64,000 bases of DNA from Candidatus Kerfeldbacteria bacterium (GCA_016182555.1 JACPGJ010000007.1:53-64052); one strand, 5' to 3'. Counted from the stretch's first letter, positions 39,539 to 50,217 are shown. Numbers and translations are program-made. The notes: generated by a model not told the origin, from the sequence alone.

Positions 39539-40666
39539 TTAATATTCAAGACCACTCAAATAGCTGGTCGCATTTCGAATATCAATGCCTCCAACAGATC
39601 GTTCCTGTGCTAACTCTTTTACCAGTTGAATACTCGGAACGCCATATTTTTTGTGAAAATAGTGTAGAGAACGTGAGAGATTTTTTTCTTTCCATTTTGT
39701 TTCAAGAAATAATTGCGGTTCGCCATTGCGTACAATACAAAAATCAACCTCTTGCCCCTGTTTTGTTCTCAGATAATGGAGCGCATGCAGCTTACCCGTG
39801 TAATCTGTTTTTCCACACACATATTTTAATAAACTAAGTGCAACCATGTTTTCAAAACGCGCACCATTATCACCCTCAACAAGCCCTGTGTCATAAAAAT
39901 AAATCTTCGGCTCTTTTAAAATAGAGCGCGCAATATTTTTTGAATACGGCGTGACGCGAAAAATAATATACAACGCTTCTAATATATCTATATATCTTTT
40001 CACTGTTGCTGGGGATGCTTGAACATCGCGGGCAATGGAAGAATACGATACACTTGAACCAACGGAGCGACGTAACAAATCAAAAATAATTTGCATTGTT
40101 TGAATGTCATTAACGCGTTCAAAGTCTAAAACATCTTCACGAATCAATCCGTCTGTATATTGCTTACGCCAACGTTGCGCCTCTTCATCGGTTTGAGCAA
40201 GCAGTGGTTCCGGGAAACCACCACGTTGTATTAACGCATCAATGTCATTGGCATAGGGTGTACCTCGTAATTCAGCAAGAGAAAATGGCAACAGACGATG
40301 CACAAAAAAACGCCCGGCCATAGAATCGCCTGTTTGTCGAAATGTGTTCAAGCGTGCACTTCCCGTAACCAAAATATGCAATTGTTCTGGTTTGGTATCG
40401 TATACACCTTTCAAAAAATTTTTCCACCCCTTCAACTTATGCAGCTCATCAAGAATCAACAAATCGGTTTGTTGCGGCCACTCTATACGTTGAATAACGC
40501 GACGATGATCAATATTATCGACATTTAAATAGGTCACCATCGAAAATGAACCTTGTGTACCAATATGTTTTGCCAGCCATGTTTTTCCTGCTTGACGTGG
40601 ACCAACAAGAAACACCATCTTTTTTTGCAAATCTTGGAGGATAAGCTGCTCTTGTACTCTTTTCAT
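39539..40666 (-). CDS. AAA ATPase (AAA_14 + DUF4143)
   Basis: VFLVGPRQAGKTWL Walker A. DUF4143-like C-terminus. Confidence 0.8.
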   Translation of the reverse strand: MKRVQEQLILQDLQKKMVFLVGPRQAGKTWLAKHIGTQGSFSMVTYLNVDNIDHRRVIQRIEWPQQTDLLILDELHKLKGWKNFLKGVYDTKPEQLHILVTGSARLNTFRQTGDSMAGRFFVHRLLPFSLAELRGTPYANDIDALIQRGGFPEPLLAQTDEEAQRWRKQYTDGLIREDVLDFERVNDIQTMQIIFDLLRRSVGSSVSYSSIARDVQASPATVKRYIDILEALYIIFRVTPYSKNIARSILKEPKIYFYDTGLVEGDNGARFENMVALSLLKYVCGKTDYTGKLHALHYLRTKQGQEVDFCIVRNGEPQLFLETKWKEKNLSRSLHYFHKKYGVPSIQLVKELAQERSVGGIDIRNATSYLSGLEY

Positions 40667-40743
40667 ATATGACTATTATACACTATATTGCAAAATAGTC
40701 AATACTTTTTATCAAAACACTTCAAAATAGTCACTTTTGTGTA

Positions 40744-42084
40744 TTAGAGTGACCGAACCATCGCCAACTTTGCCACACCAACCATACCAGAGGCTTTGTA
40801 GGGCTCGATGACTCCCCCGTTCAACAAGAGGCGCGCTGTTTCGTCTGCCGCATCTTTCACGCCATAGCCTTTTAATAACAACGATCCTTCAAACGGAACG
40901 CGGGCATGACCGCCATCTGGAAAACCCGCAGCATGGGCAACAGCAGCCATCATCACACCCATCAACTGCCCGGCTTGTGTTAACACCAACCGCGCACATT
41001 CTTGCAACAATTTATATTCCGAAGGGCCAACGGGCAATTCATTTTTCCGGCGAGATTTTCCTTGTGCAATATCGCTCATAATACCTTGGTTTCGGGAATT
41101 CATAATGGTGTCTGCCAATTGCTTCGCATTGGAAAAATATTCTTGCAAATACAACACCGCCGCGGCTAAACGGCTGGGCAAAAACCCACCGCCCACAAAA
41201 CATTCTAAGTCTACTCCGTGCCCTGGCAACCATCCATGGGTATCGATAATCTGCAACAAGGAATCTTTTGGAATAACGTGCGCATGCCCCGCTTCTAAGT
41301 TCACCATTCCTCGCTCCGGGCCACCATACATAGCGCCATTCGTACCCGTGCCAAACACAAACCCCATTGGCAATGCGGCCACACCGTCTGCAGCAGTTTG
41401 CATATCAAGCGCCACCGCAACCGTATCATTCACAAATACAATCGCACCAACAGATGGAACGCCACGTTTTTTGAGTTCTACGCGAAGCAATTCTGATAAC
41501 GACGGCTGATCTTGTGGAAGCAAAGATTCATCTAGGTCAACAATTTTCCAAAACTTCGGTAAATTTTGTTTATTCAATCGCGCGTCCACATCACCATTCG
41601 GCATAATAATATTTGTTTGCGGGAAACCAAACGATATACCAATCGGGATATCTGCTAGTGCCTCTAAACCATATTCTTTCATCGCGCGAATAATTTCTTG
41701 TGCAATGAGTTCCATTAAACTCACAAACGTATGCTGACGTTCATTTTCTGGAATCGGGCGAATGAACGGTTCTTCTAATACTACACTGCCATCGGCTTTT
41801 TTCCGCGCCACCGTAAATATCCAATTTGTTCCACCGCAAGCGCAGGTAATCGCGGCGCTCTCTGCCGGCACCTGGTCCATCGCTTCCTGGGTGACCGCAT
41901 TGATGTTAGTCGGAAAAGCGAGTAAGCCGCCATCGGTGCTGGTTGGTGACGTGATGCGCGTCAATCCAATCTGGATTGCTTTGGATAAATCGGCATAAAA
42001 AATGCCGAGTTCTGATGCGGTAAAACGGTGGAGCCCAGCATCATTGATTTTGCCGTGAGCTTGCGGTAATTGCGATTCTTTCAT
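40744..42084 (-). CDS. Hexokinase-family sugar kinase
   Basis: CGGTNWIF, VNDTVAVALD and GTGTNGAMY align with hexokinase signatures (LDLGGTNFRV, VNDTVGTL, GTGTNAAY). Confidence 0.65.
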   Translation of the reverse strand: MKESQLPQAHGKINDAGLHRFTASELGIFYADLSKAIQIGLTRITSPTSTDGGLLAFPTNINAVTQEAMDQVPAESAAITCACGGTNWIFTVARKKADGSVVLEEPFIRPIPENERQHTFVSLMELIAQEIIRAMKEYGLEALADIPIGISFGFPQTNIIMPNGDVDARLNKQNLPKFWKIVDLDESLLPQDQPSLSELLRVELKKRGVPSVGAIVFVNDTVAVALDMQTAADGVAALPMGFVFGTGTNGAMYGGPERGMVNLEAGHAHVIPKDSLLQIIDTHGWLPGHGVDLECFVGGGFLPSRLAAAVLYLQEYFSNAKQLADTIMNSRNQGIMSDIAQGKSRRKNELPVGPSEYKLLQECARLVLTQAGQLMGVMMAAVAHAAGFPDGGHARVPFEGSLLLKGYGVKDAADETARLLLNGGVIEPYKASGMVGVAKLAMVRSL

Positions 42085-42136
42085 AAATAAAAATAAGCCA
42101 GTTAACTCTCATACTTTATCATATTTCCCTTGCTCA

Positions 42137-42889
42137 TCACAATGGCTGAAGTAGGGTAAATAATACGGCCTCGGATTTGAGCGGCGTATCCAGGTGATAA
42201 CGCAACAGCGCATGAATCAGCTGGGTGAATTCTTGCCACTGCGCGATGGGAATTTGCAATTTTGTTGATTCCTCTAAAGAACGCTCGTGAATGAAACGCA
42301 GAGCTTTGATGGTATTCTCGTGAACGGACATCGTATCGTCGGTGCTTTGGCAATTTGCGCATTCGACGCTCCATAATTTGAAATTGAATTTGGTGCCTTC
42401 GGAAGTAATGGGATTGTTACACGCATGGCAGGTGTAAAGCTCGAGGCGAAAACCTAAAATAGAGAGCAGTTGAATAACCGCGGCATACAAGGCAAGGAGG
42501 TGCGCGTTATTTTGGTTCAACCACGTATAAAAACCGTGGACATGTTCAAACAACGCTGTGTCTTGCTCTTCCTCTTGCGTAAACCGATCCACGATTTCAG
42601 AAAAAAAACTGGCCAGTGCGGAATGCGGAAGGGACTGCCGGAGTTGCGTATGCGGCGCGAGTGTATTGGAACCGGCGACAATATCGATCGTGCGAGAACG
42701 GGCAATAAAAAAATCAGCGTAGATAAATGGTTCGAGGTGACCGGCAAGTTTTGAGGTAATTTTTCGTGCACTAATTGCCCGCGTGGTCAATTTGCCGTAA
42801 TCACGCGTAAGCAAGCGCACCATCTTATCTTGGTCTTTATAATTCCAGCGCTTCAGAATAATGCCATCAGACTTATAGGTATAGGCCAT
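42137..42889 (-). CDS. recO: DNA repair protein RecO
   Basis: GIILKRWNYKDQDKMVRLLTRDYGKL OB-fold N-terminus and CHACNN...CANCQ zinc finger. Confidence 0.85.
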   Translation of the reverse strand: MAYTYKSDGIILKRWNYKDQDKMVRLLTRDYGKLTTRAISARKITSKLAGHLEPFIYADFFIARSRTIDIVAGSNTLAPHTQLRQSLPHSALASFFSEIVDRFTQEEEQDTALFEHVHGFYTWLNQNNAHLLALYAAVIQLLSILGFRLELYTCHACNNPITSEGTKFNFKLWSVECANCQSTDDTMSVHENTIKALRFIHERSLEESTKLQIPIAQWQEFTQLIHALLRYHLDTPLKSEAVLFTLLQPL

Positions 42890-42915
42890 GGAAAATCTGC
42901 CTGAACATAGGCGGT

Positions 42916-45861
42916 TTATTGTCCTAAAGAAATGGTCATCAGTTCACCGTCAATCTTGAATTCGTGCTGTTGTGGTTCATTCACCGTGGTGATACTTTTT
43001 GCCAATACCGAACGTTGATATTCTTCAGCATATATACTGAACACTTTTTGTATACGCTCGCTTTCTGTGGAAATGGTGATGTCGATGAGGTCGTTGATGC
43101 TCAACTTTGCTTGTTTGCGGAGTGCGTTTGTTTGGCGAATCAGTTCACGCAACATGCCTTCCAAGCGCAGCTCTTCGGTGAGGGTGGTATCAAGCGCAAA
43201 TGCTTCTCCAAATTTCACCTCTTTGACATTCAATTCCTCTTTCATCATTTGAATATACCCGCTCTCCAAATCTTTTTCTGTAATAGTAACCGATTGCAGC
43301 GGTTGACGAACTTTTATGCCTGCTTGCGCGCGAAGAGCAAGCGCTTGCTCAATCATTTTACGCACGCGGTCCATATTCTGGAGTACTCGTTCATCCATAA
43401 ATGCTTCGTTTTCATCAAGCCAGTCGGTGTGGTGTACAGAAAGAAGCATATCATTCGTGCGCAATTGTTGATAGATATATTCGGTCATAAACGGTGTTAC
43501 GGGTGCGGCAACTTTTATAAAACTCACGAGCACCGTGTAGAGTGTGCGCAACGCCATCGTACTATCTGCGCTCGTTTCTCCTTTAAAACGGTTTCGCGCC
43601 CGGCGTACATACCAGGTGGATAATTCTTGAACAAAATCTACTAATGGCAACGCCGTTTCACGCAACATATAGGTGTTATATCCTGTAGTCACCTGCGCAA
43701 TGAGTGTATGGAGTTTTGCAAAAATCCATTTGTCTAATACGTTCGACAGTTCGGCCGGATCAGTAATTTCTTTGATTTCTCCGTGGTATTTTTCCGCAAA
43801 CATGTGATAAAAGGTAAACACATTCCACAACGTATTGGTGTACTTACGGTAAATTTCTGCCACATCTTTTTGAGAAAAATTCAAATTTTCTGCGGCCATC
43901 ACTGGAGAAGCGGCGAGGTATAGGCGCATCGCATCAGCCCCGTATTGGTCAACCATTTCCAATGGGTCGGGGTAATTTTTCAATTTTTTACTCATCTTTT
44001 TCCCATCTTCTGCCAACACAATACCATTCACAATGACATTACGAAATGCCGGAACACTTTCTTGCGTAGGAATAGAGCGGTCTTGATCGCGCGTGAGTGC
44101 TGTGGCTAACACATGCAATGTATAAAACCATCCACGTGTTTGATCTTGTCCTTCGGCAATAAATTCTGCAGGGAAACCATTTTCAAATTTTTCAACATTT
44201 TCAAATGGATAATGCATTTGCGCATACGGCATAGCGCCAGATTCAAACCAACAATCTAATACTTCTGGGATACGACGATACGTTTTACCGTTCTGCGTGA
44301 TTTTAATATTATCGATAATATGTTTGTGCAGGTCTTCTACTTTTTGACCGGAAAGCTCTTCCAACTGTTGCGCACTTTCAACGCAGAGCACATCACCGTC
44401 TTCGTTCATCCATATTGGTAATGGTGCACCCCAATAACGGTTACGCGAAATCGCCCAGTCGTGCGCGTTCTCCAGCCACTTGCCAAAACGCCCATCTTTC
44501 ATGTGCTCCGGCACCCAGTGAATTTTTTGGTTATTGGCTAGGAGCTGTTCTTTTATTTCTGTGACGCGAACAAACCAACTCGAAGTCGCGTAATTCAACA
44601 GCGGCGTATCGCACCGCCAACAATGTGGATAGCTATGTTCAATTTTTTTCTTTGAAAAAAGTTTTCCATTGTGCGCTAACCATTTTACAATTTCGATATC
44701 TGTTTCTTGTGGAGTCTCTTTTGGTTTTGCTTGGCGGCCCGCAAAATCTGTTACGGCTTCTACAAATTCACCGTTCATCTGTACATGCTGGATGAGTGGC
44801 ACTCCTTCGCGAGCGCCGACGTGATAATCGTCATCACCAAAGGCTGGAGCGATATGTACAATACCTGTTCCCTCTTCCGTGCTCACAAAATCGGCAGCGA
44901 TCACACGAAATGCATTTGGGGTATCTGCAAAATAGGTAAACAGCGGTTCATAAGTAAGACCCTCTACATCTTGCAGGGTGAGTTCACGCACCACGGTATA
45001 GGGTTTGTCTGCAAACACTTCAGCAACGCGGTCTTTAGCAAGCACAAAATAAGTGGTCACACCCTCTTCTTCTTGCTTCACTAATACGTAGGCAATTTCT
45101 GGCCCCACTGCTAGCAACACATTACCGGGCAATGTCCATGGAGTCGTGGTCCAAGCAAGAATGTTCACTGGGTCAGTGCCTGTATGTAAACGTTCTTCTG
45201 CGTTGGTCACACGAAATTTTGCCACCACGGAAATATCTTTCACCTCTTTATACTCCAGTGTGACTTCAAAATTCGACAGTGTTGTTTCGCAACGAGGACA
45301 AATATGCATTGCTTTATGGCCTTGGTAGATCAGCCCCTTTTTCCAAAGCTGTGAAAACACCCACCAGACACTTTCCATGTAGTTACGATCCATCGTTTTG
45401 TAATCGTTCTCCATCTCTACCCAACGACCCATACGGTGAATGACCTGTTTCCAATCATTGGCATATTGCAATACCGTCGCGCGGCAGGCTTCGTTAAATT
45501 TGTCCACGCCAAATGCTTCAATATCTTTTTTCGTTTTTAGATTCTGTTCTTTTTCAATAATATTTTCAATCGGCAGACCATGGCAATCCCATCCCCATTT
45601 TCTCTCCACGCGAAAACCACGCATGGTCCAGTACCGCGGCACCATGTCTTTCATGAGTGAAGCTACAATATGACCATAGTGCGGCATGCCGGTGGCAAAT
45701 GGCGGGCCATCATAAAACACATATTGCTTGTTCTCCGGCCGTTGGCGCACCGATTCTTCAAAACACTTATTCTCTTCCCAAAATGCGACAATCTCTTCTT
45801 CGAATTGGGCAAACTGATTTTTTTTGTTCTCTTTGTTGTGATCTGGTTCTGCCATAGACAT
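42916..45861 (-). CDS. ileS: Isoleucyl-tRNA synthetase, type 2
   Basis: FYDGPPFATGMPHYGHI (HIGH region) and GKKMSKKLKNYPDP (KMSKS). About 980 aa. Start set at ATG 45861 (MSMAEPD); the ORF track gives 45915. Confidence 0.9.
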   Translation of the reverse strand: MSMAEPDHNKENKKNQFAQFEEEIVAFWEENKCFEESVRQRPENKQYVFYDGPPFATGMPHYGHIVASLMKDMVPRYWTMRGFRVERKWGWDCHGLPIENIIEKEQNLKTKKDIEAFGVDKFNEACRATVLQYANDWKQVIHRMGRWVEMENDYKTMDRNYMESVWWVFSQLWKKGLIYQGHKAMHICPRCETTLSNFEVTLEYKEVKDISVVAKFRVTNAEERLHTGTDPVNILAWTTTPWTLPGNVLLAVGPEIAYVLVKQEEEGVTTYFVLAKDRVAEVFADKPYTVVRELTLQDVEGLTYEPLFTYFADTPNAFRVIAADFVSTEEGTGIVHIAPAFGDDDYHVGAREGVPLIQHVQMNGEFVEAVTDFAGRQAKPKETPQETDIEIVKWLAHNGKLFSKKKIEHSYPHCWRCDTPLLNYATSSWFVRVTEIKEQLLANNQKIHWVPEHMKDGRFGKWLENAHDWAISRNRYWGAPLPIWMNEDGDVLCVESAQQLEELSGQKVEDLHKHIIDNIKITQNGKTYRRIPEVLDCWFESGAMPYAQMHYPFENVEKFENGFPAEFIAEGQDQTRGWFYTLHVLATALTRDQDRSIPTQESVPAFRNVIVNGIVLAEDGKKMSKKLKNYPDPLEMVDQYGADAMRLYLAASPVMAAENLNFSQKDVAEIYRKYTNTLWNVFTFYHMFAEKYHGEIKEITDPAELSNVLDKWIFAKLHTLIAQVTTGYNTYMLRETALPLVDFVQELSTWYVRRARNRFKGETSADSTMALRTLYTVLVSFIKVAAPVTPFMTEYIYQQLRTNDMLLSVHHTDWLDENEAFMDERVLQNMDRVRKMIEQALALRAQAGIKVRQPLQSVTITEKDLESGYIQMMKEELNVKEVKFGEAFALDTTLTEELRLEGMLRELIRQTNALRKQAKLSINDLIDITISTESERIQKVFSIYAEEYQRSVLAKSITTVNEPQQHEFKIDGELMTISLGQ

Positions 45862-46018
45862 GCTTTTATAGCGTAAAATATTGAAAAGTATAACGTTTTT
45901 TTGAAAAAAAAGCAAAAATAAAAGGTGTTTTGATTATCAAGCGCGAAGACACCTGAACGCGCGTTGCTGCAAGCGGCCGCTTCTTGCGCGGCCTCTGTGG
46001 CAGCAGCCGTGGAGCCGG

Positions 46019-46330
46019 TTAGAATACCTGGATAATTTTTCCGGATACTAACCGACATTTGTCGGCTGCCTGGACGATACGAAGCGCCTCTTCGGCGCTC
46101 CAAGCCAACGCATAGAGAGCGCTCAAGGGAGAGCCCTCTACTGGCGGAACCTCATAAAAGAGTCTCCACATGAGGTCGATGTCTATGCCGTCCAGCATCA
46201 GCACAACCGGCCTCTTGTCTAGCAGACGAGGTTTAGGACTTCGAAGAACCCCCTTCTCTTCTAGAAGCCTCACAAACCGCCGTATGGATATCCATGCGGC
46301 AATTTCATCGTCTAAAAATACAGCTATCAT
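46019..46330 (-). CDS. Hypothetical small protein (104 aa), GC-rich gene
   Basis: ATG 46330 is immediately preceded by AAAGGAGAAGG. The ORF-track N-extension to 46408 is probably not translated. Confidence 0.4.
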   Translation of the reverse strand: MIAVFLDDEIAAWISIRRFVRLLEEKGVLRSPKPRLLDKRPVVLMLDGIDIDLMWRLFYEVPPVEGSPLSALYALAWSAEEALRIVQAADKCRLVSGKIIQVF

Positions 46331-46442
46331 CCTTCTCCTTTCCCCGCTGCATGCGGGAAAAAAACATAAAGTGACCCGGCTACAACATCGATATTTATTC
46401 ATGAACAAGAAAAAAAGTCAAGCTACACCTGGAACCTCCAAT

Positions 46443-46757
46443 CTAAACCTTCCGCTGTGTTGCAGGAAGAGCGCGCAACAACGCTGCTGTAGTAATACCC
46501 GCGATATGCACCGTTTTGTAACGCGCAGCTTTTCCATGAGTCATCTGAATAGCAGCTGGTGAACAGTTCAATACTTCAGCTAAAAATTTGACCAGTGCTG
46601 CGTTTGCCCTACCTTCAAGCGCTGGAGCTGTCAGCTTTATTTTTAAACGGTTGGCCTGCACACCAACGACCTGGTTCCGTGATGAGTTGGGAACCACTCG
46701 GATATATAACAGCACTCCATTGGAAGCCGGAGCATAAAAAGTGTTTATGGCATGCAT
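46443..46757 (-). CDS. DUF167 / YggU-family protein
   Basis: LYIRVVPNSSRNQVVG ... LKIKLTAPALEGRANAAL.KFLAEVL. Confidence 0.75.
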   Translation of the reverse strand: MHAINTFYAPASNGVLLYIRVVPNSSRNQVVGVQANRLKIKLTAPALEGRANAALVKFLAEVLNCSPAAIQMTHGKAARYKTVHIAGITTAALLRALPATQRKV

Positions 46758-46761
46758 ATTT

Positions 46762-47385
46762 TTATCGAACCTGTTGAATGAATGCGATGTTACGCTGCTC
46801 GCGGTCGCCGCGGCGAAACGAATAGAGGCGCGGTGATTCTACCGTACAAACCCGCATGACTTCTATATTATTTTCGGGAATGCCCAGCTCCAAGCATTGG
46901 TTCACATTTGCTTGCCACAAGTCCAGATGAAAAATTCCCTCGCGGGTTTCAGATTCACGCACTACTGCGGGGTCAAACTGCCTTGCGACCTCTTCACCAA
47001 CCACAAAACAATTTGGGCAGATCGCCGGACCAATACCGACCTTCAACCCAAACGGTTTCATTTTTAAAAATTCAATTGATTTACGCGTGATGTCGAGCGC
47101 GGTTCCGCGCCACCCAGCGTGTACGGCACCTACCACACCAACGCGCGGTTCCGCAAACAAGACTGGCACGCAATCTGCCACGCGCACCGCCACACCAACT
47201 TTTTTTTGCCGCGTGACCAATGCATCCACACCACGAAGCTGCTGTTGCGCCGTATCTTCCACCCAAACGGTTTTATCTTTATGAACCTGTTCGCCAAATA
47301 CTAACCCCGTCGGCACCGCATCCCCTATTTCCGTAATACCATGCGTGATGTATGAACATTTTGCTAAGTTTGAAAATTGAAGCAT
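46762..47385 (-). CDS. pgeF: Peptidoglycan editing factor PgeF / YfiH (DUF152, laccase-domain)
   Basis: VADCVPVLF ... VHAGWRGT motifs. Confidence 0.85.
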   Translation of the reverse strand: MLQFSNLAKCSYITHGITEIGDAVPTGLVFGEQVHKDKTVWVEDTAQQQLRGVDALVTRQKKVGVAVRVADCVPVLFAEPRVGVVGAVHAGWRGTALDITRKSIEFLKMKPFGLKVGIGPAICPNCFVVGEEVARQFDPAVVRESETREGIFHLDLWQANVNQCLELGIPENNIEVMRVCTVESPRLYSFRRGDREQRNIAFIQQVR

Positions 47386-47393
47386 ACAATCTA

Positions 47394-48563
47394 CTATACA
47401 GCAGAATCTTCAATAACATCAAGGTAACAATCATAGGTTTCGCGGGCACAGTGCTTCCAAGAAAATTTGCGGGCGTGTGTGCGGCCAGCGGCACCAAGTT
47501 GTGCGCGCTTCACCGGGCTGCGCATAAGAGTGGCAATTCCTTGTTGAATAGAGAGAATATTCCGTGGGTTCACATACAACGCACCAGGCCCACCCACTTC
47601 CGGAAGCGAAGAAATTTTAGATGTCAACACCGGTATACCCATACTCGCCGCTTCCAACACCGGCAACCCAAACCCTTCCCATAATGACGGAAAAACAAAC
47701 GCGGTACACGATTGCATCAGCGCCATTTTTTCTTCATGGGTCACATAGCCAATGACGCGAACATTGCCAGACCAGCGAGCTCGCGAAATCGTTTGAAACA
47801 CTTGCTCGTACTTCCAGCCACGCGCACCAGCAATGACTAATTGGACATCACGAAAACGACGATGATGTTCATTCATAAACTGGTCAAATGCTTTCACCAA
47901 ACGTTCCAAATTTTTGCGTGGTTCAAGCGTGCCAATGAAAAATAAAAACTGTTCATTCACGCCAAACTGTGCACGAATTTCTGCACAACGAGCAGCTGGC
48001 AAACGTGGCTCACGAGTGACCCCTTCATAAATTAAGGCCATGCGCGAATCCGGTACACGAAATAACTGCGTAATCATTTTTTCTGTGGCGCGGGAAACCG
48101 CAATCACCTTCGCGGCTTTTCGTACCGACTGCGGCACCAGCACTTTTTGTGAAAAACCAGACTCTTCACGAAACCATTCCGGATGACGATAAATAGCCAA
48201 GTCATGAATCGTCACTACCGATGGCCGCGAATAACCGAGCGGTATACCATACGCCGGAGAATGAAAAATATCCAAACGTTGCCGCTCCAACACCTTCGCC
48301 ACAAAATAATGAGAATAGGCAAACGGAAGATAACGTTTATATTTGCTCAGCGGCAAACGTACCACTTGTACATTCGGCCGCGCTGTATATTCTTGTGTCA
48401 CCTCTTCTGGCATCTGGTGGTCTACAAACAACACAAATTCATCTTTTGCGGCAGGGTTGTATGCCAGCAGCGCCTTCACTAATTGCGTCGTGTAATGGCC
48501 CACTCCTGCGCGTTCTCCGGAAGCGGGATTCAGCATCGTTCGGCAATCTATTCCTATACGCAT
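47394..48563 (-). CDS. Glycosyltransferase family 4 (GT-B, GT1 clan)
   Basis: FPSLWEGFGLPVLEAASMGIPVLTS E-x7-E region. Confidence 0.85.
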   Translation of the reverse strand: MRIGIDCRTMLNPASGERAGVGHYTTQLVKALLAYNPAAKDEFVLFVDHQMPEEVTQEYTARPNVQVVRLPLSKYKRYLPFAYSHYFVAKVLERQRLDIFHSPAYGIPLGYSRPSVVTIHDLAIYRHPEWFREESGFSQKVLVPQSVRKAAKVIAVSRATEKMITQLFRVPDSRMALIYEGVTREPRLPAARCAEIRAQFGVNEQFLFFIGTLEPRKNLERLVKAFDQFMNEHHRRFRDVQLVIAGARGWKYEQVFQTISRARWSGNVRVIGYVTHEEKMALMQSCTAFVFPSLWEGFGLPVLEAASMGIPVLTSKISSLPEVGGPGALYVNPRNILSIQQGIATLMRSPVKRAQLGAAGRTHARKFSWKHCARETYDCYLDVIEDSAV

Positions 48564-48567
48564 ATCA

Positions 48568-50217
48568 TTACATTTTTTCTGGTGCGCTCACGCCCAACAG
48601 CTTCAACACGCTGTGCAACACGGTTTGAGTGGCCACCACCAGCGCATACCGCGTCACCTGCACTTCTCCATTATCAATCACCCGGCACTGGCCGTAAAAA
48701 TGGTGAAACGATCGCGCAAGATCTAAGGCATACGTGGGCAAGCGGTGCACTTCATACGTGCGGGCAATGTCTTTTAATAACTCTGGTAATACCATCAGCT
48801 CTTTCAACAACGCTTTTTCGGCAGCGTGTTCCACGAGCAACCCTTTCAGCGGCGGAGCGCCCAATTGCCCCACCTCTCGCAAAATACTGCACATTCGCGC
48901 ATGGGCGTACTGTACATAATAGACCGGGTTTTTGTCCGACTGTTCTTTTGCCAAGCCCAAATCAAAATTCATGTGGCTGTTGGCCGAATACAGTAAAAAG
49001 AAAAACCGCGCGGCGTCGTTACCGACTTCATCAATGAGTTCTTCAATCGTCACAAAATTTCCTTGCCGCTTACTCATACGCATCTCTTTGCCGTCGCGGA
49101 TCAACGTGACCATTTGCGTAAACAGAATATCGAATTCCGTATCAGCATTCAACAATTTCGGCACGGCTTTGAGGCGGTGCTCATAGCCGTGGTGATCTGC
49201 ACCCAAAATAAGCACCACTTTACGTACATGTCGGCGAAATGCCCGGTCATAAAACAGTGCTATATCGCCTTGCATATATGCACCATCTCCCGTGCTCTTC
49301 ACAATCACTCGGTCTTTGTCATCACCATACGCACTTGTCCGTACCCACAACGCGCCGTTCTGTTCGTACACATTTCCCGCTTCACGCAATTTCGCCAGCA
49401 TCTTCTCTGGTACGCCATCATCATACAACGATTTTTCAGAAAACCAGTTGTCATAATGAATTTGCATTTTTTCTTCAACCACACGTTTGATATCCGCAAT
49501 CATCAACCGCAATGCTAATACTGTTATGCGCTGCCGAATCCACTCGGCTTTTTTGCCGTGGTTCAACTTGTAATCTTTCAATGCGAGCTTTGTGGCGAGC
49601 TCACTAATATATTCACCTTGGTACAATTCGTCGGCATAATCCACCTTAATCCCTTGATTCTGCAAATAGCGCCGCATCACGGATTCGCCCAATACCTCCA
49701 CCTGCTTGCCGCGGTCATTCATATAATATTCACGCAGCACCGTAAAACCCGTGGCCGCCAGAATATTCGACAACACATCTCCCAAATATCCCCCGCGCCC
49801 ATTTGGCAGCGTGAGTGGCCCGGTGGGGTTAGCAGACAAAAATTCCACCAACACTTTTTTTCGTTTACCTATGCTGCTGCGACCATACGCTTCTTTCTTT
49901 CGCAGAATCTGTTTCAAGCTTTCGGCATACTGCTGCGTCGAAAGAAAAAAATTCAAAAAACCGGGTGGTGCCACTTGAATATCCGCATACGCACTATCAC
50001 CAGCGAGTAAATGCTGTTTCAATTCTTCCGCAATCATGAGTGGGGGTTTTTTCAGCACACGTGCCAGCTGCATCGCAATATTACTGGCAAAATCTCCGTG
50101 TTCAGGCAGTTCAGGCAAATCAATTGGCAATGGCGGAATATCAAAAACCGGCCAATCACCACTCTGTTGACGCGCAATAATAGCTTCTTGAATATCTTTC
50201 TGAATGCTATCCTTCAT
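48568..50217 (-). CDS. argS: Arginyl-tRNA synthetase
   Basis: FLSANPTGPLTLPNGRGG and MSKRQGNFVTIEELI. Confidence 0.9.
   Translation of the reverse strand: MKDSIQKDIQEAIIARQQSGDWPVFDIPPLPIDLPELPEHGDFASNIAMQLARVLKKPPLMIAEELKQHLLAGDSAYADIQVAPPGFLNFFLSTQQYAESLKQILRKKEAYGRSSIGKRKKVLVEFLSANPTGPLTLPNGRGGYLGDVLSNILAATGFTVLREYYMNDRGKQVEVLGESVMRRYLQNQGIKVDYADELYQGEYISELATKLALKDYKLNHGKKAEWIRQRITVLALRLMIADIKRVVEEKMQIHYDNWFSEKSLYDDGVPEKMLAKLREAGNVYEQNGALWVRTSAYGDDKDRVIVKSTGDGAYMQGDIALFYDRAFRRHVRKVVLILGADHHGYEHRLKAVPKLLNADTEFDILFTQMVTLIRDGKEMRMSKRQGNFVTIEELIDEVGNDAARFFFLLYSANSHMNFDLGLAKEQSDKNPVYYVQYAHARMCSILREVGQLGAPPLKGLLVEHAAEKALLKELMVLPELLKDIARTYEVHRLPTYALDLARSFHHFYGQCRVIDNGEVQVTRYALVVATQTVLHSVLKLLGVSAPEKM

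Noticed and set aside
45663-46103. 146-aa minus-strand ORF overlapping the ileS 5' end
   Set aside because: Overlaps the real ileS N-terminus in another frame. No motifs. ileS start re-set to 45861.
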